A program made the translations under genes and the position numbers. Of a stretch of DNA of 64,000 nucleotides, positions 9,992 to 18,924 are shown in pieces. The stretch comes from an uncultured Chloroflexia bacterium. GTDB lineage: Bacteria > Chloroflexota > Anaerolineae > JAAYZQ01. Numbering within the stretch: position 1 is the stretch's first letter; each line of letters opens with the position of its first letter. Location: positions 32,001 to 96,000 of the forward strand of contig CAVOXA010000022.1 of assembly GCA_963700285.1 (NCBI GenBank), in the 5' to 3' direction. The notes under the pieces were generated by a model, which had not been told where the DNA came from, did not search any database, and was given only the letters and a program-made list of their open reading frames with translations.

Positions 9992-10100
9992 TAGCCTGCT
10001 CCTCTGGTTTGGCTTTGTGGACTGCCAGTAGTACTGGTACTTTAGGTCCAGCAGGCCTGCCGCCGGTAGCTTGCCGTTGGGGTGGGCCTGCCAGCGTTCT

Positions 10101-10766
10101 CTAGAAGGTATCCTCCAACGTGATGAGACCTTTTCGAAGCCCGACCATGACGGCTTCGGTCCGTGAACCTACGCCCATCTTGTTAAAGACGTTGCTGAGG
10201 TGCGTTTGGACGGTACGCACGCTGATGGACAGTTCCCGGGCAATGACCCGGTTCGACATCCCCCTGGCGGCCAGGCCCAGGACCTCCAGCTCTCTTTCGG
10301 TGATCTGCTCCAGCCCGTTCTTGGCGCCGGATCCGGGGTCGCTGGATGCGAAACGATTGATGACCTTGCGGGTGATGGCCGGATGCAGTACCGATTCACC
10401 GGCGTGTACGGCCCGGATGGCCTCGACGAGCTTGTCCACGCTGATGTCCTTTAGGAGATAGCCGGCGGCGCCGGCCTCGAGGAAGGCAAAGATGTATTGC
10501 TCGCTGTCATGGGCGGTGAGTACCAGGATGGCGATGCCGGGGGCGACGGCCTTGATGTGCCGGGTGGCCTCGATGCCGTTCAGCTTGGGCATCGCAAAGT
10601 CCATGATGACCACGTCGGGACGCTCTTTGAGGGCCAGTTGGACGGCTTCCTGGCCATCGCTGGCTTCCGCCACGACCTCCAGATCCTCCTGCTGATCCAG
10701 CAGTTCCCGCGTGCCTTGGCGCACGACGGCATGGTCTTCAGCCAGCAGGATTCGAATCGTCTGCAC
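10101..10766 (-). CDS. NarL/LuxR-family response regulator
   Basis: AEDH, VIMD, LTA, GYLLK receiver motifs; ITERELEVL...SVRTVQTH HTH. Confidence 0.96.
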   Translation of the reverse strand: MQTIRILLAEDHAVVRQGTRELLDQQEDLEVVAEASDGQEAVQLALKERPDVVIMDFAMPKLNGIEATRHIKAVAPGIAILVLTAHDSEQYIFAFLEAGAAGYLLKDISVDKLVEAIRAVHAGESVLHPAITRKVINRFASSDPGSGAKNGLEQITERELEVLGLAARGMSNRVIARELSISVRTVQTHLSNVFNKMGVGSRTEAVMVGLRKGLITLEDTF

Positions 10767-10862
10767 AGTGATCTCCTCAGGACGCTATTATATCACCGGC
10801 CTGTTGTATGCACAAACCGGGGACGCGAACCGCACCTTGTGTGCTGGCACGCCTACGCCAAA

Positions 10863-10884
10863 ACACGTAGAGGACTCTACGTGT
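10863..10884. promoter_or_regulatory. Palindrome between the divergent regulator and folD2 promoters
   Basis: ACACGTAGAG-GA-CTCTACGTGT, perfect 10-bp arms. Confidence 0.5.
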
Positions 10885-10985
10885 CTTGGGAAGTCCAGGT
10901 GCCGCAGAACACGCAGATGCAGGGTAGGCATCCACGCCCTTTTTCGTAGGGATAAGTTCCAAGGACGAAATGGTTGCTTTAGCCG

Positions 10986-11014
10986 ATGACAGCGCAGCGA
11001 CCCTGTGGTAAGAT
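10986..11014 (+). promoter_or_regulatory. Putative promoter of folD copy 2
   Basis: ATGACA-17 nt-TAAGAT with TGTGG before the -10. Confidence 0.5.
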
Positions 11015-11061
11015 GTGGACAGTTGAGAAGAAAACGAACTCATGCACAAGGAGCATATGAA

Positions 11062-12033
11062 ATGACAGCAAAGATTCTGGATGGCAGCGCGGTATCGAAG
11101 CAGATTTTGGCAGAGATCAAGGATCAAACCTCCGTTTTTCAAGCGGAATGGAAAGCGGCCCCGACCCTGGCCCTGATGCGTGTAGGCGATGACCCGGCTT
11201 CGGTGAGCTATGCCGGTATGATCGAGCGCACCTGCAATCAGGTCGGCATGGTCTTCCAAAGCCATACCCTGCCCTCGGACGCTACCGAGGACGAGGCGGT
11301 ACGGCTGATGCGCAAGCTGAACGACGACGAAAACGTGCACGGCATCATCCTGCAGCAGCCGTTGCCCGAAAGCATACACGCCGAGGCCGTCGTTGAGGCC
11401 ATGGACCCGGCCAAGGACGTGGACGGCGCTCACCCGCTGAACGCCGGCCGGCTGGCCCGCGCAGCCTTTGTCGACAGCCCGCAGAACGTCGGCCCCTACT
11501 TTGTCCCGGCCACGCCATTGGGCGGCCTGGAACTGCTGAAGCGCTACGCCATCCCGGTCGATGGCCAGCGAGCCGTGATCGTCGGCGCCAGCAACCTGAT
11601 CGGCAAGCCGATGTCGCTTCTGCTGACCCGCCACTGGGCGACGGTGACGGTCTGCGACCTGCACACCAAGCCCCTGGCCGAGATCACCCGGCAGGCCGAC
11701 ATCCTGGTGAGCGTCACCGGAGTGGCCCACCTGATCACGGCTGACATGATCAAGCCCGGCGCGACGGTGCTGGACTTTGGCTTCGCTCGCCTGGAAGGCA
11801 AGTGGGTTGGCGACGTGGACGCGGAATCCGCCAAGGAGATCGCCGGGGGCATCAGCCCTGTGCCAGGCGGCACCGGCCCCATGACCAACGCCATGCTCAT
11901 GCGCAACACGCTGACAGCAGCGGAGCGCCAGGTACGCCTGGGTGTCAAGGTCGCGAGCCGTGTCTCTGCGGCGAGCCTGACCCCGGTGGGAATGGGTGAC
12001 AGGCAGCGGCCCGCCGACAGCATCATGCAGTAA
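11062..12033 (+). CDS. folD: Methylene-THF dehydrogenase FolD copy 2
   Basis: MTAKILDG start after AAGGAG; KDVDG.HP.NAG, PATPLG, SPVPGGTGPMT. Confidence 0.93.
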   Translation: MTAKILDGSAVSKQILAEIKDQTSVFQAEWKAAPTLALMRVGDDPASVSYAGMIERTCNQVGMVFQSHTLPSDATEDEAVRLMRKLNDDENVHGIILQQPLPESIHAEAVVEAMDPAKDVDGAHPLNAGRLARAAFVDSPQNVGPYFVPATPLGGLELLKRYAIPVDGQRAVIVGASNLIGKPMSLLLTRHWATVTVCDLHTKPLAEITRQADILVSVTGVAHLITADMIKPGATVLDFGFARLEGKWVGDVDAESAKEIAGGISPVPGGTGPMTNAMLMRNTLTAAERQVRLGVKVASRVSAASLTPVGMGDRQRPADSIMQ

Positions 12034-12075
12034 GATGGACTCGGCCGCGATAGGGCGGCAGAGGGTTGCGAGCAC

Positions 12076-12104
12076 AAGGGACGGCCAAAGGCCGTCCCTT
12101 TTTT
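12076..12104 (+). terminator. Intrinsic terminator after folD2
   Basis: AAGGGACGGCC-AAA-GGCCGTCCCTT followed by TTTT. Confidence 0.8.
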
Positions 12105-12231
12105 CATTGGTTCTGGAGGATGCGCAGCGCCCCGCGAGCCACAACTGGCTGCGGGCCACGTCCCGTCTCCCGCTCAGGAACGCCTGGGGATGAACAGCCT
12201 GGACCCTTGTGCCGCCACGCCCCACATGGCT

Positions 12232-12858
12232 CTAGAGTCTGCTCACGACATCGTCATAGATGTCGTCGCGCATGACGCCTCTGCCCTCGAGCAGGGCGTT
12301 CAGTTTGGCCCGGCGGTCGGCGACAAAGTCCTGGTCTTTGAGTGTGCCCAGGTTGATGAGCACGTTGAGGGCCGCGCTGCGCAGCGCGGCTTCGGCCATC
12401 AGAACGGCCACGCCCGCGTCGCTGACGGCCCACTTGTTCCCCATGTCGGCGGCGGGCTGGCAGAGGTCCATCACCTCGGCCGCCGCTGCGGCGATGCTGA
12501 GGGGCACGTCGGTGGCGACCCGGAGCGCGGCCTGCATTGCCACTGCGCGCTCGGCCTTTTCGGCGTCGGTATCCCGCGGCATCTTGGCGGCCTGCGAGTA
12601 GCCGGTGTAGGCTTGTACGTCCGCTTCCAACAGGCCGGTCAGTTTGGCGCGCAGGGCCTCGGACTGGGCGAGCAGGTCGCCAATCTCATCCTGGACGCCG
12701 GCGTAGGCTTGCTTGCCCAAGGTCAGGTTGCAGACCATGCTGACCAGCGCCGCTCCCAGGGCGCCGCTGATGGCCGCAACGCTGCCCCCTCCCGGGGCTG
12801 GGGCGCTGCTTGCCAGTTCGTCGAGAAAGTTGGCCACCGGTTTGTCTGTGAGTTTCAT
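12232..12858 (-). CDS. fchA: Methenyl-THF cyclohydrolase (FTCD_C / FchA family)
   Basis: FLDELASSAPAPGGGSVAA, GNKWAVSDAGVA, NVLINL; SD AAGGAGG upstream; the longer ORF-track start lies in repeats. Confidence 0.9.
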   Translation of the reverse strand: MKLTDKPVANFLDELASSAPAPGGGSVAAISGALGAALVSMVCNLTLGKQAYAGVQDEIGDLLAQSEALRAKLTGLLEADVQAYTGYSQAAKMPRDTDAEKAERAVAMQAALRVATDVPLSIAAAAAEVMDLCQPAADMGNKWAVSDAGVAVLMAEAALRSAALNVLINLGTLKDQDFVADRRAKLNALLEGRGVMRDDIYDDVVSRL

Positions 12859-12923
12859 GTTGTGTAGCATCCTCCTTGAAAGGTTTGAGGCGGACTCCAG
12901 TCCGCCGGTTTCTGTGCGCCAGA

Positions 12924-13910
12924 GTGCTGGACTGTGGTCCAGCACGAGCAACCACCTATCCTCTGCTCGGCGTGGACCACAGTCCACGCCCAGTCGCCAG
13001 GGTGCTGGACTGTGGTCCAGCACAAGCAACTACCTATCCTCTGCTCGGCGTGGACCACAGTCCACGCCCAGTCGTCAGGGTGCTGGACTGTGGTCCAGCA
13101 CGAGCAACTACATCCAGTCGCGACACAGTGGAGCACATCCTCTGCTCGGCGTGGACCACAGTCCAGCACCAGCAACTACCTATCCTCTGCTCGGCGTGGA
13201 CCACAGTCCACGCCCAGTCGCCAGGGTGCTGGACTGTGGTCCAGCACGAGCAACTACCTATCCTGCTCGGCGTGGACCACAGTCCAGCACAAGCAACTAC
13301 CTATCCTCTGCTCGGCGTGGACCACAGTCCACGCCCAGTCGTCAGGGTGCTGGACTGTGGTCCAGCACGAGCAACTACCTATCCTCTGCTCGGCGTGGAC
13401 CACAGTCCACGCCCAGTCGCTCGGCGTGGACCACGGTCCAGCACAAGCAACTACCTATCCTCTGCTCGGCGTGGACCACAGTCCACGCCCAGTCGCCAGG
13501 GTGCTGGACTGTGGTCCAGCACGAGCAACTACCTATCCTCTGCTCGGCGTGGACCACAGTCCAGCACCAGACTACCATCGGTCGGCTGGACTATAGTCCA
13601 GCACGAGCAACTACCTATCCTCTGCTCGGCGTGGACCACAGTCCACGCCCAGTCGCCAGGGTGCTGGACTGTGGTCCAGCACAAGCAACTACCTATCCTC
13701 TGCTCGGCGTGGACCACAGTCCAGCACAAGCACTACCTATCTCTGCTCGGCGTGGAACGTCCACGCCCAGTCTCGTCTGGACGTCCAGCACAAGCGACTA
13801 CCTTTCTGCCGGCGTGACCGTAGCACAAGCAACTACCTATCCTCTGCTCGGCGTGGACCACAGTCCACGCCCAGTCGCCAGGGTGCTGGACTGTGGTCCA
13901 GCACGAGCAA
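12924..13910. repeat. REP-type tandem array 1 (78-bp units plus 45-bp hybrid units)
   Basis: Unit GTGCTGGAC-TGTG-GTCCAGCAC GAGCA-ACTACCTATCCTC-TGCTC GGCGTGGAC-CACA-GTCCACGCC CAGTCGCCAGG repeated directly. Confidence 0.95.
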
Positions 13911-13963
13911 TTTGCATGAATACTGCTTGACAATCCCTGCTTGAGGCGGACCACCGTCCGCCG

Positions 13964-14524
13964 CTAACCCATCAATGCGCGAGCGTCCTGGATGGGAATG
14001 ATACACTGCCCATCTCCCAAGTAGAAGCGAGCAGACGACCAGGCATACTCCTCAGGCGCGTCAACCAAGTGCCACGCAGGCTGCAGCGGATTGTTGTGAA
14101 TGTACGTCAGTTTTTGGCTGAGGAACCCGGCTGTCGCAACACTCTTGGGCAAGTAGCCATCCTCCCATACCTTGTGCATCTGCTTGTCCGGACGAGTGAC
14201 CAATGAGGTCAGAATACTGAGTGCTTTGTGGTTGTTCTCAACCTGATAGTAGCGGACAATCAGTTGGGCAGAACTGGTCTTGAAAGCTCGGGCCCAATCT
14301 GCAGGTGGACAGTCGGGTGGGCAGCGAATGATGGCGTGTACGTGATTGGGCATTACAACAAACGCATACAGGTCGACGTGGTTCATCAGACTGACAAAGT
14401 ACAGAGCATCGACGAGCTGGCGCTTGACGATGTCGCGGTGGAAGATTTGTGTACGGTCAGCAGCAGTCGTCGTGACAAAGTACAGATGGTCGGGATCAAA
14501 GTCTGGGCGCCATCGTGTTGTCAC
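13964..14524 (-). mobile_element. rayT: REP-associated tyrosine transposase (RAYT/TnpA-REP, Y1 HUH)
   Basis: YFVT, VVMPNHVH (HUH), WEDGY, YIHNNP (catalytic Tyr), YAWSS; flanked by palindromic arrays; GTG start at 14524 inferred. Confidence 0.9.
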
Positions 14525-14599
14525 GTTTACCCCACCCGGAAGTCTTCTGACCAGTATCCTGCCAGAGTCAGATAACGGTTCGTCGCTTGTATGCCCTAT

Positions 14600-15578
14600 G
14601 TGCTGGACTGTGGTCCAGCACGAGCAACTACCTATCCTCTGCTCGGCGTGGACCACAGTCCAGCGCCCAGTCGTCAGGGTGCTGGACTGTGGTCCAGCAC
14701 GAGCAACTACCTATCCTCTGCTCGGCGTGGACCACAGTCCACGCCCAGTCGCCAGGGTGCTGGACTGTGGTCCAGCACGAGCAACTACCTATCCTCTGCT
14801 CGGCGTGGACCACAGTCGACGCCCAGTTGCCAGGGTGCTGGACTGTGGTCCAGCACGAGCAACTACCTATCCTCTGCTCGGCGTGGACCACAGTCCACGC
14901 CCAGTCGCCAGGGTGCTGGACTGTGGTCCAGCACGAGCAACTACCTATCCTCTGCTCGGCGTGGACCACAGTCCACGCCCAGTCGCCAGGGTGCTGGACT
15001 GTGGTCCAGCACGAGCAACTACCTATCCTCTGCTCGGCGTGGACCACAGTCCAGCCAGTCACCACGGGTGCTGGACTGTGGTCCAGCACGAGCAACTACC
15101 TATCCTCTGCTCGGCGTGGACCACAGTCCAGCACGAGCAACTACCTATCCTCTGCTCGGCGTGGACCACAGTCCAGCACAAGCAACTACCTATCCTCTGC
15201 TCGGCGTGGACCACAGTCCACGCCCAGTCGCCAGGGTGCTGGACTGTGGTCCAGCACGAGCAACTACCTATCCTCTGCTCGGCGTGGACCACAGTCCACG
15301 CCCAGTCGCCAGGGTGCTGGACTGTGGTCCAGCACGAGCAACTACCTATCCTCTGCTCGGCGTGGACCACAGTCCACGCCCAGTCGCCAGGGTGCTGGAC
15401 TGTGGTCCAGCACGAGCAAGAACTATCCTCTGCTCGGCGTGGACCACAGTCCAGCACAAGCAACTACCTATCCTCGCCGTGTGGGCGCCGGTTTGTGCGT
15501 GTCAGGGTGCTGGACTGTGGTCCAGCACGAGCAACTACGTATCCTCTGCTCGGCGTGGACCACAGTCCAGTACGAGCA
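14600..15578. repeat. REP-type tandem array 2 (same unit and orientation as array 1)
   Basis: Exact 78-bp period, GAGCAACTAC at 14701, 14779, 14857, 14935, 15013; about 11 TGTG-loop hairpins. Confidence 0.95.
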
Positions 15579-15593
15579 GTTGTTGGAATCCTG

Positions 15594-17081
15594 TCACGCT
15601 GGAAGCAGTCCTTTGCTCTGCAGCAGCCCGATGGCATCGGTGGAGTGCTTGTCCATACCCAGGGTCTTGGCATCAATGCCATAGGCGACGCCCATCAGTT
15701 GGGTAAAGTAGGTGATGGGAATGTCAAACTGGCCGCCAAACTGCTCGTTGATCTGCTTTTGGCGTAGGTCCAGGTTGGCGTGGCACAGGGGACAGGCCGT
15801 GGTGATAAGGTCCGCCCCTTCGTCGATGGCGTTCTTTAGGATCTTTTGGCTCAGGTCCAGGGCAATCTCCAGGGTGCTGAGCGACAGCGATCCACCACAG
15901 CAGTCGGTCTTGTAGGACCAATCCACCACCTCGGCGCCCATGGCCTCCATCAGGTGGTCCATGTTCATGGGATACTCGGGGTTGTCGGCGCCGGTTACGG
16001 CGGGCGGCCGGGTGAGCAGGCAGCCATAGTAGCTGGCCACCTTGAGGCCCTGCAGGGGTTTGACCACCGGCTCCGCGGCCGCTTTGATGCCGACGCGGTC
16101 GGTGACGGTCGTCAGCAGGCTGTCCACCTTGATGCCGCCTGTATAGTCAAAGCCGATATCGTCCGCCAGTTTCTGCCGAAGCGCGGGGTCGTTTTCGACC
16201 TCGTGCATGGCCACACGGAACCGGGAAAAGCAGGCGGCGCAAGGCATGGTCATATAGTCGTGGCCCAGGTCCTCGGCGATGGCCAGGGTCTGCATGGGCA
16301 GTTTGATGGCCCGGTAGTGGTTGGTGTTGTGGGCCGGCGAGGTACCGCAACAAACCCAGCCCTCGGGCTCGACCAGGTTCAGACCCAGTCGTTTGGTCAC
16401 GGCCATGGTGGACATGTGGAACTCGATGCCGGTGGCATGCAGGCTGCAGCCGGGATAGTAGGACACGACCTTGTCCTTGATCTCTCCGGTTCCTGCTTCC
16501 GTGCCGACGGGTGCCGTATGCGCGCCCGCCGGGTCCTTGGCCGATCGCCCGTTGCGCGATCGCCGGGCGATGCTGGGCAGGATCTTGAGCTTGCCCGCAC
16601 GGAGCATCCTGACGGCCAGCGGGATGTCGTACTTGAAGAGCTGGCCGAAATCCAGCTCACCGGCAAAGAACTCGCGGGCGTAAAGCTCGGCCATCAGACC
16701 CAGCTCCCACATGCGGCCGAACCAGTCGATGCCCCGGTTGGCCGATTTGTAGAACATGGGCACGGTAGGCGCCTTGGCCTTGATGCCCTGCTCCTTGGCC
16801 ATGATCTCCAGCACGTCCATGATGCGGGCGATGTCAATGTCCTGCGGGCAGCGGGTAGAGCAGGTCTCGCAGGCGGCGCAGAGAGAAATGGTCCGCGAAT
16901 TGAGCACCAGGTCGGTCTGCCCGAACTGGGCGGCTCGCAGAACCTGGTGGGGTGTCAGGTCAAAGAAGGCCGCCACCGGGCAGCCAGCAGTACACTTTTT
17001 GCATTGGTAGCACAAAAAGACATTCTCGCCGGAACGGTTGCGGATCTCGTGGGCGAGGTTTGTCTCGAGCGTAATTGTCAT
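15594..17081 (-). CDS. HdrC-HdrB fusion (4Fe-4S dicluster plus CCG domains)
   Basis: CYQCKKCTAGCP and CAACETCSTRCP followed by YYPGC, WVCCG, YYGCLL, DCCGG, ACPLC. Confidence 0.9.
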   Translation of the reverse strand: MTITLETNLAHEIRNRSGENVFLCYQCKKCTAGCPVAAFFDLTPHQVLRAAQFGQTDLVLNSRTISLCAACETCSTRCPQDIDIARIMDVLEIMAKEQGIKAKAPTVPMFYKSANRGIDWFGRMWELGLMAELYAREFFAGELDFGQLFKYDIPLAVRMLRAGKLKILPSIARRSRNGRSAKDPAGAHTAPVGTEAGTGEIKDKVVSYYPGCSLHATGIEFHMSTMAVTKRLGLNLVEPEGWVCCGTSPAHNTNHYRAIKLPMQTLAIAEDLGHDYMTMPCAACFSRFRVAMHEVENDPALRQKLADDIGFDYTGGIKVDSLLTTVTDRVGIKAAAEPVVKPLQGLKVASYYGCLLTRPPAVTGADNPEYPMNMDHLMEAMGAEVVDWSYKTDCCGGSLSLSTLEIALDLSQKILKNAIDEGADLITTACPLCHANLDLRQKQINEQFGGQFDIPITYFTQLMGVAYGIDAKTLGMDKHSTDAIGLLQSKGLLPA

Positions 17082-17177
17082 CAGCCAGCTCCTCAACAGA
17101 ATACAATCCGAAAAAGCTCTGCCCCCAAGACCCTGTTCACCGGGTACCGGGGGGCGCAAGCGACTCTTCGGACAGAC

Positions 17178-18209
17178 TTAGGCAGATTGCCGTGATGGAT
17201 CGTACTTGGGTCCGATCTGGGTTGCCTTGACGATGCGGTCCACGGCCGATTCCCATTCGATGGCCATAATGTGGACGCCGGCCACGCCTTCGATCTCTTT
17301 GCAGGCGTTTATGACCTCAACACAGATGCCAATGCCTTCGGATTCGGCGGCCTCTGTGCGCAGGCGGCGGGCCTCCTTGGCCTCGTTGGGATCGTCCATG
17401 GCCTTGATCTCGTTCAGGGAGGGCAGGCCCTGGGTCGAGTTTCTCATGCGCTCGATATACTCTGGATCTACCTCCATGCCAGGCACCTTGGTGGCCATGT
17501 ACCTCGCGCCGCCCAGGCTCCTGATGGGCGCAACGCCGGCCAGAATGTAGATCTTTTCATGCAAGCCCAGATCTACCACCCGGCGCATATATTCCGCGAA
17601 CTTGGGTACGTTAAAAATGATCTGCGTCTGGATAAAGTCGGCGCCGGCGCGGGCTTTTTTTCCCAGGCGGTAGGGACGGAAGTCAAAGGGGTCGGCAAAG
17701 GGGTTGGCCGCCGCGCCCAGGAAAAATCGGGGCTCCTGTCCCTTGATGGCATCGCCGCACTGAAAGATCCGCTTGTCGCGCATGTCCCGGCACATCTGGA
17801 GCATCGAGATCGAGTCCAGGTCGTGCACGTTCTTGGAATTGGGGTGATTGCCAAAGGTCTGGTGGTCGCCGGTGAGGCACAGCAGGTTGCGCGCCCCCAG
17901 GGCATAGGCCCCCAGCAGATCGCTCTGGATGGCGATGCGGTTGCGGTCGCGGGCGGTCATTTGGACATTGGGCTCGATGCCCATCTCCATGAGCATGACC
18001 GCGACCGAGATGGAGGACATGCGTACCACCGCTGTCTGGTTGTCGGTGATGTTGACCGACTCGACGATGCCCTTCAGAAACCCGGCCTTGTGCGCGATCT
18101 CCTGGCGGTCGGCGCTCTGCGGTGGTCCGAGTTCTCCCGTGGCCACAAAGTATCCGGCTTTGAGGGCCTTTTCGAGATTGCTGCCTACGATGTATCCATT
18201 GTCGCTCAT
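17178..18209 (-). CDS. metF: Methylene-THF reductase MetF
   Basis: TGELGPP, NITDNQ, TARDRNR, CLTGD, GADFIQTQ; start MSDNG overlaps the metV stop. Confidence 0.93.
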   Translation of the reverse strand: MSDNGYIVGSNLEKALKAGYFVATGELGPPQSADRQEIAHKAGFLKGIVESVNITDNQTAVVRMSSISVAVMLMEMGIEPNVQMTARDRNRIAIQSDLLGAYALGARNLLCLTGDHQTFGNHPNSKNVHDLDSISMLQMCRDMRDKRIFQCGDAIKGQEPRFFLGAAANPFADPFDFRPYRLGKKARAGADFIQTQIIFNVPKFAEYMRRVVDLGLHEKIYILAGVAPIRSLGGARYMATKVPGMEVDPEYIERMRNSTQGLPSLNEIKAMDDPNEAKEARRLRTEAAESEGIGICVEVINACKEIEGVAGVHIMAIEWESAVDRIVKATQIGPKYDPSRQSA

Positions 18210-18880
18210 AGCCGTAGATCCTCCCGCACGATTTTGCGCTGTCCGCCATCGCGGCTGGTGTGCCATTGCTTGGCCGGTTCGACCTCCATCAGCCTGTCCA
18301 GTTGGCCCAGTTCCTCCATGCGGTGGTAGATCTGGTCCCAGACACAGGGCGTCTCCTTTTCGGCATAGACCTCGCAGATGCCGCGCTGGGAGCCGCCGCA
18401 GGGCCCGTTGAGCAGGCTCTTGGCGCAGCGGGCAATGGGGCACAGGCCGCCTGTTTGGTCCAGGATACAGTCGCCGCAGGTCTGGCAGCGCTCTTCCCAG
18501 ACGCCCTGCTCGACAGGCTGGCTGAGACCATTGGTGTTCAAGCCGGGCACCGTCAGTTTCTCGGGAAACTGCTCGTTCATGGTCTGAACGCCGATGCCGC
18601 AGGCCAGCGAGACGACGAGATCGGCATCCCGCACATAGTCAGCCGCCAGATCGTTGTACTCGTACTCGCACTGGCGCTGGACCGTGAATTCGGTGACCTC
18701 TTTTTCGTCCCCGTCCAGCCGCGTGGCCATCCTGAGCTGTGAGGCCAGGATGGACGCTTCTTTTTCGCCACCGGCGAAACAGACGGTGACACAGGTGCCG
18801 CAGCCGAGAACGAGTACCTTCTCAGCGCCAGCTAGCATGCCCTTGATCTCTTCAAGGGGTTTTTGTTCGGCTACTATCAT
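18206..18880 (-). CDS. metV: MetV, Zn/FeS partner subunit of MTHFR
   Basis: MIVAEQKP, GCGTCVTVC, ACGIG, CQTCGDC, CPIARCAKSLLNGPCGG. Confidence 0.92.
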   Translation of the reverse strand: MIVAEQKPLEEIKGMLAGAEKVLVLGCGTCVTVCFAGGEKEASILASQLRMATRLDGDEKEVTEFTVQRQCEYEYNDLAADYVRDADLVVSLACGIGVQTMNEQFPEKLTVPGLNTNGLSQPVEQGVWEERCQTCGDCILDQTGGLCPIARCAKSLLNGPCGGSQRGICEVYAEKETPCVWDQIYHRMEELGQLDRLMEVEPAKQWHTSRDGGQRKIVREDLRL

Positions 18881-18924
18881 TCTTCATCCTCCGAAAAGTA
18901 TACGAATGGATGTGCCCATGCTGC

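Noticed and set aside
12924-15578. CRISPR array
   Set aside because: Sequence between palindromes is invariant rather than unique spacers, no cas genes are in the window, and the embedded gene is a RAYT
12713-15767. Long repeat-protein ORFs (WTVVQHEQLPILCSA, ARRGPQST and similar)
   Set aside because: The 78-bp unit is 26 codons and stop-free in several frames on both strands, so these ORFs are by-products of the DNA repeat
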